The notes beneath the pieces are model-generated. The model was not told the DNA's origin and made no database searches. It was given only the letters and a program-made list of their open reading frames with translations. From Candidatus Enterocola sp. (GTDB lineage: Bacteria; Bacteroidota; Bacteroidia; Bacteroidales; Paludibacteraceae): DNA of 63,007 nt. The stretch spans positions 1 through 63,007 of the forward strand of contig JAZRBL010000115.1 of the NCBI GenBank assembly GCA_045635045.1, in the 5' to 3' direction. This document shows positions 45,436 through 52,848 of the stretch, piece by piece. Position 1 is the stretch's first letter. The number at the start of each line of letters is the position of its first letter. The position numbers and the translations under genes were made by a program.

Positions 45436-46890
45436 TTATAGGTCTTTTAATAGGTTTTCTAGTATTTTTTTGTCGTCAAAAGGATGTTTAACTCCTTCAA
45501 TTTCTTGGTAATTTTCGTGTCCTTTACCGGCTACCAAAACAAGATCGCCCGCTTTGGCCAGTTTGCATGCTGTTTTGATGGCTTGCTCGCGGTTCTCGAT
45601 GCAAATTACCTCGTTTTGTTCTTCTTTGCTCAATCCTTGCATCATGTCGTTTATGATGTCCTCTGGTTTTTCGTTTCGAGGATTGTCGGAGGTAATTACC
45701 AATTGTTGGCTGCCTTTGTAGGCTATTTTAGCCATTTCGGGACGTTTGCCTTTATCGCGGTTGCCGCCACAACCTATTACGGTAATGATGCGGCCTTTTT
45801 TGTTGATTTTTTTTAGGGTCTCTAGGGTGTTGGCTACAGCGTCGGGCGTATGGGCATAATCGACTACTGCAGTAACCCCGTTGTTGCCATAAATGGTTTC
45901 GAGACGACCTGCTACGGGTGCCAATGTACTCATTAAGCGTAAAATTTCGTCGGCTTGGCTGTGTAGCAAGAACGAGGCGCCGTAAACGGCTAGTAGGTTT
46001 TGTACGTTAAAGTCGCCTACCAACCTTACCGCTACTTCTTTGCCGTTGATGTGTAGCAGCATGCCTTCTAAACTTTCTTCCATCATCTTGCCTTTAAAGT
46101 CGGCAGGGCTTTTAACGGAATAAGAGTAAAAGTTGGCTTGGGTATTTTGCACCATGATTTTACCGTTTTTATCGTCAATGTTAACAACGGCAAAGGCATG
46201 GGGTGGTAAGGTGTCAAAGAATTTCTTTTTGGCATCAAGGTATCCTTGGAAGGTTTTGTGGTAGTCCAAGTGATCGCGTGTGATGTTAGAAAAAATAGCA
46301 CCGTCAAAGCAGATGCCAGCAATGCGTTTTTGGTCTATGGCGTGCGAGCTTACTTCCATAAAGGCGTAGCGGCAACCGGCATCGGCCATTTGAGCTAATA
46401 AAGCTTGCAATTGTACCGCATCGGGTGTAGTGTGTGTGCTAGGAACGGCTATGTCGTCTATGTAATTGCACACGGTAGATAGCAATCCTACTTTGTGTCC
46501 TAGTTGGCGGAACAAACGATAAAGTAGGGTAGCGATGGTGGTTTTTCCGTTGGTACCTGTTACTCCTACCATGATCATTTTTTCGGAGGGATGGTTGTAA
46601 AAGGCAGCCGCGATGTTACCCAAAGCATCTTGGCTATCGGAGGTTACAATGTACGTTACCGCTGGGTCTAGTTCTGTGGGCAATGTTTCGCACACAATTA
46701 CCTTTGCTCCTTGCTCAATGGCCTTGTTAATGTAGGTATGTCCATCGGTTTGGGTACCTTTGATGGCCACAAATAGACCGTTCGTTTCCACCAAACGGGA
46801 GTTGGAGGTAACGCCGCCTACGGTAGCGTTTTTAGGCCCAATTAGTTGGCTGTAGGATACGTATTCAAGTAGTTCGTGCAATTCTTTCAT
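45436..46890 (-). CDS. murE: UDP-MurNAc-tripeptide synthetase (meso-DAP-adding type)
   Basis: 484 aa. Motifs: GVTGTNGKTT, DYAHTPDA, TSDNPRNE. Confidence 0.9.
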   Translation of the reverse strand: MKELHELLEYVSYSQLIGPKNATVGGVTSNSRLVETNGLFVAIKGTQTDGHTYINKAIEQGAKVIVCETLPTELDPAVTYIVTSDSQDALGNIAAAFYNHPSEKMIMVGVTGTNGKTTIATLLYRLFRQLGHKVGLLSTVCNYIDDIAVPSTHTTPDAVQLQALLAQMADAGCRYAFMEVSSHAIDQKRIAGICFDGAIFSNITRDHLDYHKTFQGYLDAKKKFFDTLPPHAFAVVNIDDKNGKIMVQNTQANFYSYSVKSPADFKGKMMEESLEGMLLHINGKEVAVRLVGDFNVQNLLAVYGASFLLHSQADEILRLMSTLAPVAGRLETIYGNNGVTAVVDYAHTPDAVANTLETLKKINKKGRIITVIGCGGNRDKGKRPEMAKIAYKGSQQLVITSDNPRNEKPEDIINDMMQGLSKEEQNEVICIENREQAIKTACKLAKAGDLVLVAGKGHENYQEIEGVKHPFDDKKILENLLKDL

Positions 46891-49001
46891 TGTTCACAAG
46901 TAAGGGTAATGGATGTAACGTTTTCAATAGGGGTTCCGGGTAAAACAGATTGCTCTTTAATGACTCCAGAACCTTTTATATCTACTTTTATTCCTTGATT
47001 CTCTAGTATGTATAAGGCACTTTCTAGGTCGTGTTCTTTTAAGTTGGGAATCGTGCCATTCATTTGTAAGTTTAGCTCGCTAATGCTAGAGTTGTGTTGA
47101 GTGGCTTTTTTTAGTTCCCAAGTACTGTTGGTAATGCTATCTTGACGTTGCATTTTCAGGATGTATGCTTTTTCTGCCACTTTTTTGTACACTTCGCCAC
47201 AGATGCTTCCTGTGCCCCCTCTTTTGTGGTCGCGCGCATAGACAATGCAAGAATACATGGGTTTTTCTGCAGGGAAATAACCACAAAACGTAACTTGGTG
47301 ACGGGTTTTACCTTCCTTATTTTTTTTGCTACCCCTTTCAAATACCTGTGCTGTGCCTGTTTTGCCGGCCGATTTAAATAAGGGAGACTGCATGTTGCGC
47401 GCCGTTCCGTATTTTACTACCCCCTCTAGGATTCCTCGCATTTGCCCCAATGTTTTGTCGGATGCAATTTTAGGGTTAATCACCTCTACCTCTGTGGTTT
47501 TGTATACCTTGCCATCTTTTAGTATTTTTTCGGTAAACAAAGGTTTTACCATTACCCCGTTATTGGCAATGGCGTTGTATAGCATTAGGGTATAAATGGG
47601 GGGCACTTGTGTTTCGTAACCAATTGACATCCAGGGTAGTGTAGTGCCGTACCAATCGCGTTTTCCGGGTGTTTTTAATTTTACACTACCGTGTCCAGGA
47701 ATTTCCATCTTAATGGGCTTTGTAATGCCTAGTTTATGTACACCGTCTACAAATTTTTGTGGGTTTTTGACGTAATGTTCTACAATTAGGGCCGATACCC
47801 CTACGTTTGATGATTGATGCATAACGGTTGCTACCGATGCTACACCGAAGCCTTTGCCGTTGTGGTCGCGCATCCATCTGTCGGCAAACATCATTTTACC
47901 ATCTTGTGTATCTACCATGGTGGTAGAGTCGATGTAACCGTCTTCCATGGCAACCAAAAACGAGATGGTTTTAAAGGTAGAACCGGGTTCTACTTGGTTG
48001 GCCATGGCAAAGTTTTTGGATTCGATGTATTGGTTCGAATGTTTGTCCCATTGTAAATTGGAGATGGCTTTGATTTTTCCGGTAGCGGTTTCCATTAGAA
48101 TCACGCAACCTTGCTCGCTTTCGCTCCAGGTGAGTTGCTCGCGCAAAGCTTGTTCGGCTACCTCTTGTAGGTCGATGTTGATGGTACTCATTACGTCCAT
48201 GCCATCTTCGGGCTCTTGGGTTACAATCAGCACGTTTTTGCCTGCCTTGCGGCGTTTGATGCCCAAACCGTCTTTGCCCCTTAAAAGGCTGTCGTATGCT
48301 AATTCAAGACCATTTTTACCCCTGCCCTCAATGCCGTAAACACCGCCAATGGTACGAGATGCCAACGAACCATATGGATGTTCTCTGCGGATGCGCTCTT
48401 TTACCGTAAAGCCGCCTTGTACAGCCCCTCTGTTCAGGATAGGGAACTCTTTTACCTCCATGTAATCGAGGTATGAGACGGGTTTGTTGTGCAACCTGAA
48501 CTCCGATTTGCCGGCTCGGTAGGCTTGGCGTAGTTCTTTTTCGCGTTGTTTGGCATTTCCGCCAAACTTTTTGGTCAAGGCCTCTGCCAATTCGCCTACG
48601 TGTTCATCGAAATAGGTTTTACCTGTTTTTTTGTTGATAACACCCAGTGCTTCTACACGGGTGTCGAAATTCAAGAAATAGTAGGGAATTGAACTGGATA
48701 ACAAGCGGCCATCGTCCGAAAGAATATTGCCACGTTTGGCAGCAATGGTGTCGGCTTGTGGAAAGTGGCGCTTTGATATTTTGCGCAATTCTTCGCCTTG
48801 AAAATATTGAATATCTACAATTTTGTAGATAATGGCGGCAAAACCAAGTGTAATGAGTGCATATAGTACAAAAAAACGGCGCACAAAAGGGGTGTTCTCT
48901 CCGGTAGGAAGAGATTTGTTCTTTTTAAATGTAGCTAGGACAAATACAATGATTACCAAAGCTACATAGAAGAATACCCATAAGTAAGGAAGCCATTTCA
49001 T
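46887..49001 (-). CDS. ftsI: Penicillin-binding protein 3 / FtsI with C-terminal PASTA-like domain
   Basis: 704 aa. N-terminal TM segment. Transpeptidase motifs STFK (PGSTFKT), SSN, KTGT. The last ~65 aa look PASTA-like. Confidence 0.9.
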   Translation of the reverse strand: MKWLPYLWVFFYVALVIIVFVLATFKKNKSLPTGENTPFVRRFFVLYALITLGFAAIIYKIVDIQYFQGEELRKISKRHFPQADTIAAKRGNILSDDGRLLSSSIPYYFLNFDTRVEALGVINKKTGKTYFDEHVGELAEALTKKFGGNAKQREKELRQAYRAGKSEFRLHNKPVSYLDYMEVKEFPILNRGAVQGGFTVKERIRREHPYGSLASRTIGGVYGIEGRGKNGLELAYDSLLRGKDGLGIKRRKAGKNVLIVTQEPEDGMDVMSTINIDLQEVAEQALREQLTWSESEQGCVILMETATGKIKAISNLQWDKHSNQYIESKNFAMANQVEPGSTFKTISFLVAMEDGYIDSTTMVDTQDGKMMFADRWMRDHNGKGFGVASVATVMHQSSNVGVSALIVEHYVKNPQKFVDGVHKLGITKPIKMEIPGHGSVKLKTPGKRDWYGTTLPWMSIGYETQVPPIYTLMLYNAIANNGVMVKPLFTEKILKDGKVYKTTEVEVINPKIASDKTLGQMRGILEGVVKYGTARNMQSPLFKSAGKTGTAQVFERGSKKNKEGKTRHQVTFCGYFPAEKPMYSCIVYARDHKRGGTGSICGEVYKKVAEKAYILKMQRQDSITNSTWELKKATQHNSSISELNLQMNGTIPNLKEHDLESALYILENQGIKVDIKGSGVIKEQSVLPGTPIENVTSITLTCEQ

Positions 49002-49357
49002 TGTTTGCTACTTTCTTCCGATTTTATTCGTACCCGATAAGCAGGAACGTTTTCTTCTATTAAGTTAAGTTGATGTTTGTCTACTAGGTCTTTAATCGTT
49101 CCAATGCGGCTAATTTGCAGCAATTTAGACTCGTTATAAACCGAGATGTATTTTTCGTTAACCAGCTCTTTTCTAAGCCTGTGTATTTCTTTGTAGCTTT
49201 GTTCGCAGATCATTCGATTGTTCATGTAAATGAACGATAAAATGATACCCAAAACAATTACGCCTATTTGTCGCGCAAAAAAATCCTTGCTAAAGATATC
49301 TCCGGTTAAGATTTCTTGTAAGAACGTGCCTATTTTATTGCGTTTGTTTTCTGACAT
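48998..49357 (-). CDS. ftsL: FtsL-like division protein
   Basis: 119 aa with a single TM segment and a coiled coil. Position between rsmH and ftsI. Confidence 0.65.
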   Translation of the reverse strand: MSENKRNKIGTFLQEILTGDIFSKDFFARQIGVIVLGIILSFIYMNNRMICEQSYKEIHRLRKELVNEKYISVYNESKLLQISRIGTIKDLVDKHQLNLIEENVPAYRVRIKSEESSKQ

Positions 49358-49359
49358 AC

Positions 49360-50259
49360 TTACAATTTTTCTGCGATGCGTAATTTGGCGCTTCTAGAGC
49401 GTGGGTTGGTGTTAATTTCGTCGTTGCTAGGTATAATAACTTGTCTGTTAATTAGTTTAAAGGGGGTGTTTACCTTTCCAAAAAAGTCTTTGTCTTGTTT
49501 GCCTTCAAAATTGCCGGTTTTAAGAAAGTTTTTTACCAACCTGTCTTCTAGCGAGTGGTAGGTAATTACGGCCAATCTGCCTCCTGGTTTTAAGACGGCT
49601 AGCGCCCCTTTTAGCATTTCTTTTAGCGCATCCATTTCTTGGTTTACTTCAATGCGCAATGCCTGAAAGAGCGGTGCCAATTGTTTTTTACTATCCCTGC
49701 CTAAGTAGGGTTGTAGCAAGTTGACCAATTGGAATATGCCGGTTATGGGTGCGTTGTTGCGCTCTTTTACCAATGCTTTGGCAATTTTTCTGGCTTGCGA
49801 TATTTCGCCGTAATAGTAGAATACATCGGCCAAGGCTTCTTCCGAATAGGTGTTGATTACCTTTTCGGCGGTAAGGGAAGCCGATTGATTCATGCGCATG
49901 TCTAATTTTCCGTCAAAGCGAAAGGAAAAACCACGTTCTGCTTCGTCAAAGTGGTGCGACGATACGCCTAAGTCGGCCAAAATACCATCTACGCCCTCTA
50001 CTTGGTAGTAGCGCATAAAGTTGGTAATGTACCTAAAGTTGGACCAAACAAACTGAAAATGTTCGTCGTTTGGAATATTTTGTTGGGCGTCTTTGTCTTG
50101 GTCAAAGCTAAACAAGCGTCCGCCGTCTGCTAGGTGACGAAGAATTTCGCGCGAGTGTCCACCACCACCAAAGGTTACGTCTACATAGGTGCCATTTGGC
50201 TGAATAGACAAGCCTTCAATGCTTTCGCGAAGTAGTACAGGTACGTGGTAGGTATTCAT
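49360..50259 (-). CDS. rsmH: 16S rRNA (cytosine1402-N4)-methyltransferase
   Basis: 299 aa. Motifs: HVPVLLRE, DVTFGGGGHS, DLGVSSHHFD. Confidence 0.95.
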   Translation of the reverse strand: MNTYHVPVLLRESIEGLSIQPNGTYVDVTFGGGGHSREILRHLADGGRLFSFDQDKDAQQNIPNDEHFQFVWSNFRYITNFMRYYQVEGVDGILADLGVSSHHFDEAERGFSFRFDGKLDMRMNQSASLTAEKVINTYSEEALADVFYYYGEISQARKIAKALVKERNNAPITGIFQLVNLLQPYLGRDSKKQLAPLFQALRIEVNQEMDALKEMLKGALAVLKPGGRLAVITYHSLEDRLVKNFLKTGNFEGKQDKDFFGKVNTPFKLINRQVIIPSNDEINTNPRSRSAKLRIAEKL

Positions 50260-50268
50260 TGTTCGCTG

Positions 50269-50733
50269 TTATTTTTCGGGGGTATTGCGGGCGTTTTTCA
50301 TCAGTTGCTCCATTTTGGATGCAAACAAATTGGCGTCGATAAAGGTATTTTCTACCTCGCCGGCGGGCCAAATCTCAATAACGGTATCGCGGCCAATAAA
50401 TCGAATATTGGAAGCAATGCCCGTAGCGGTTAAATAGCGCTTAGGAATAAGCATGCGGCCGTTTTCTTCTAGTTCGATGCGATCTGCTTCTGCAACAAAT
50501 TGACGAAAAATCATATCCTCTTCTCTTACCCAAGGATTGAGTTGCGCTCTAAGCTCGCTTATGGTGCTTTCCCAGGCTGCTTCGGGGTACAAAACAAGGC
50601 AGTTTTCAAATAGCCCTTTTCGTAGGTAAAATACCTTCTCGTCGCCCAAAAGGCGTCGAAAAGAAGCAGGAAGAAATGCCCGTCCTTTGGCATCTACTTT
50701 TGCGTCGCTATTTCCAATTAAAGAGGGTGTCAT
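50269..50733 (-). CDS. mraZ: Transcriptional regulator MraZ
   Basis: Start at the Met of MTPSLIGNSDAKVDAKGRAFLPASFRR (154 aa). A second half-domain contains ELEENGRMLIPKRY. Confidence 0.9.
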   Translation of the reverse strand: MTPSLIGNSDAKVDAKGRAFLPASFRRLLGDEKVFYLRKGLFENCLVLYPEAAWESTISELRAQLNPWVREEDMIFRQFVAEADRIELEENGRMLIPKRYLTATGIASNIRFIGRDTVIEIWPAGEVENTFIDANLFASKMEQLMKNARNTPEK

Positions 50734-50774
50734 AATGGCTATTCTTATCGATGGTAAAAGTACTATCTTTTGCG

Positions 50775-50815
50775 ACACTTTGCAACTTTTTTAGACACAA
50801 ATCTCCACAAAGTTA
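50775..50815 (-). promoter_or_regulatory. dcw promoter -7 box (TAACTTTG) plus phased GTG-core direct repeats (candidate MraZ operator)
   Basis: Minus strand reads TAACTTTGTGGAGATTTGTGTCTAAAAAAGTTGCAAAGTGT. The cores TTGTGG, TTGTGT, AGTTGC and AAGTGT are spaced at 10-nt intervals, 40-80 nt upstream of the mraZ ATG. Confidence 0.4.
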
Positions 50816-50940
50816 TTAACAATGTGTAGAGATGCTATTTAAACGGGCTTTTTGCTGATTTAAAGCGTGTTGCAGAAGAGGGTGGTGGAATGGGTGTTCT
50901 ATTTTGTTATTGGGATAGTTTGTATTGTTGCTAATTTTTG

Positions 50941-50948
50941 TATATTTG
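50941..50948 (+). promoter_or_regulatory. -7 promoter box (TATATTTG)
   Basis: Exact TAnnTTTG match, 21 nt upstream of the ATG at 50969. Confidence 0.5.
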
Positions 50949-50968
50949 CATAAATTTTGTTTAAGCAA

Positions 50969-51775
50969 ATGACCGAGGTAACGCAAATAAACATTAAGGG
51001 CGAACTAACCAAACGCATGAAGAAGAAACCAAATGGATTGATGGTTAAAATAGCTCGTTGGTTTTTGATTGAAGATTGGGTGAACGAGCGTTTGCGTAAA
51101 ATAGGCCCTGTTAAGGACCTTGATTTTATGGAGGGTACCCTAAAAAACTTGAACATAAAAGTGGAGGTGAAGGGGAAAGAGAATTTGCCCTTTAACGATG
51201 CTCGATTGTTGTTTGTGTGCAATCACCCTTTAGGAGGCATGGATGTATTGTCGGCTTGTTCGGCAGTACGAAGTGCGTGTCAAAAAGGGTTGCTTATTCC
51301 GGCCAACGATTTGTTGATGCAGTTAACCAGCATAAAAGATATGCTTATTCCGGTTAACAAAGTGGGGGGTCAGAGCAAGGATTTATTGGCCAAAGTAAAT
51401 GCTGCTTATGCGTCCGATAAACAGGTGATGTTTTTTCCTTCTGGAAAAGTTTCGCGTAAGCATAAAGATGGTATTTACGACGATGCTTGGAAAAAGACGT
51501 TTGTGTCAAAAGCTGTTGAGTTTCAGAGAGATGTGGTGCCTATTAGAATTGATGCAAAGAATTCTCCTTTCTTTTACAGATTGGCAAAATTTAGAGCCAA
51601 ATTGGGCATAAAACTGAACGTAGAAATGTTGTTGTTGGTAAGAGAAACCCGCAAACAATCCAATAAAACCATTACCGTAACCATCGGACAGCCTATTCCT
51701 TGGCAGCATTTTGATGCCTCTAAATCGGCCAATGATTGGGCGCAAGAAGTTAGAAAATTAGTCTATGAATTGTAA
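50969..51775 (+). CDS. Lysophospholipid/O-acyltransferase, GlsA/OlsA-like
   Basis: ATG at 50969 is preferred over the track's TTG at 50957. Acyltransferase motif VCNHPLGGMD and FPSGKVSR. Immediately precedes an N-acyl amino-acid synthase gene. Confidence 0.7.
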   Translation: MTEVTQINIKGELTKRMKKKPNGLMVKIARWFLIEDWVNERLRKIGPVKDLDFMEGTLKNLNIKVEVKGKENLPFNDARLLFVCNHPLGGMDVLSACSAVRSACQKGLLIPANDLLMQLTSIKDMLIPVNKVGGQSKDLLAKVNAAYASDKQVMFFPSGKVSRKHKDGIYDDAWKKTFVSKAVEFQRDVVPIRIDAKNSPFFYRLAKFRAKLGIKLNVEMLLLVRETRKQSNKTITVTIGQPIPWQHFDASKSANDWAQEVRKLVYEL

Positions 51776-51779
51776 TACC

Positions 51780-52727
51780 ATGGAAGAAATCATTGCTCCT
51801 GTTGAGCGTGAGTTAATCAAAGCAGAATTAACACCCGATAAATTTTTGCGTCCCACCAACAAGGGGGGTAATTTGATTTATGTAACCACTGCCAAAGATT
51901 CTCCCCATATTATGCGCGAAATAGCACGTTTGCGTGAGTTGGCGTTCAGAATGGCTGGCGGGGGTAGTGGAAAATCCATGGACATGGATAATTTTGACTT
52001 GATGGATCGCCCCTATAAACAGCTGTTTGTGTGGGACCCTCAAAACGAAGAAATTATAGGCGGTTATCGCTACATTTTAGGCAAGGATGTAGACATATTA
52101 GAAAATGGTCAGCCTAACCTGATTACTTCGGAGATGTATCATTCGTCCGAAAAGTTTATCAAAGAATACTTGCCTTATACCTTGGAGTTGGGTCGTAGCT
52201 TTGTGCATCCCGATTATCAGGCGTCTAAAATGGGGGCTAAAAGCTTGTTTTCGCTCGATAATTTATGGGATGGATTGGGCGCCTTAACGGTGCTTTTGCC
52301 CGATGCAAAATATCTGTACGGCAAGGTAACGGTATACCCTCATTACAATGCAACAGCACGCGATTTAATCTTTGGTTTTATTAATAAGTATTTTCCTGAT
52401 AACGAGAATCTTATCTCTCCAATTGATCCGTTTAAAATTGCTTATACTCCCGATCAAATAGATGCCATTTTTACGGCCGATACCTACAAAGAAAATTACA
52501 AAATCTTGAACAAAGAAGTACGTTCTTTGGGGGTAAATATTCCACCTTTGGTGAATGCTTACATGGGTCTGTCTCCTTGTATGCGTTCGTTTGGATTTGC
52601 AGTTTATCATGATTTTGGCAACCTTATTGAAATTGCCATTATGATTCCTGTAGACCAAATTTACGAGGAAAAATATACCCGTCATGTGGCCACTTTTTTA
52701 ACCACTCACGAAGCTCCTTCTGTCTAA
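51780..52727 (+). CDS. N-acyl amino-acid synthase (GNAT/hemolysin-like), GlsB/OlsB-like
   Basis: About 315 aa. Contains REIARLRELAFRMAGGGSGKSMDMDNFD and GGYRYILG, typical of OlsB/GlsB-type N-acyltransferases as I recall them. An alternative start at 51765 is possible. Confidence 0.7.
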   Translation: MEEIIAPVERELIKAELTPDKFLRPTNKGGNLIYVTTAKDSPHIMREIARLRELAFRMAGGGSGKSMDMDNFDLMDRPYKQLFVWDPQNEEIIGGYRYILGKDVDILENGQPNLITSEMYHSSEKFIKEYLPYTLELGRSFVHPDYQASKMGAKSLFSLDNLWDGLGALTVLLPDAKYLYGKVTVYPHYNATARDLIFGFINKYFPDNENLISPIDPFKIAYTPDQIDAIFTADTYKENYKILNKEVRSLGVNIPPLVNAYMGLSPCMRSFGFAVYHDFGNLIEIAIMIPVDQIYEEKYTRHVATFLTTHEAPSV

Positions 52728-52817
52728 ACTTTTAGTTGGTTTTAACATTTTTGCTTTATTATGACTATAATAAGGTGGGTTTTTTGCGTTTTTACTTGAA
52801 AATCTGCCAAAAAAACA

Positions 52818-52825
52818 TAACTTTG
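52818..52825 (+). promoter_or_regulatory. -7 promoter box (TAACTTTG) for the giant ORF
   Basis: Exact TAnnTTTG match, 24 nt upstream of the ATG at 52849. Confidence 0.5.
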
Positions 52826-52848
52826 TAGACTTGTCCTAAAAAGCAACT

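Noticed and set aside
52728-52848. Searched the region upstream of the giant ORF for inverted repeats that would mark a Bacteroidales-type invertible (phase-variable) promoter.
   Set aside because: - Only a weak AT-only hairpin (TTATTAT-gact-ATAATAA) and a normal -7 box are present.
- No flanking inverted repeats are evident, and no nearby recombinase gene.
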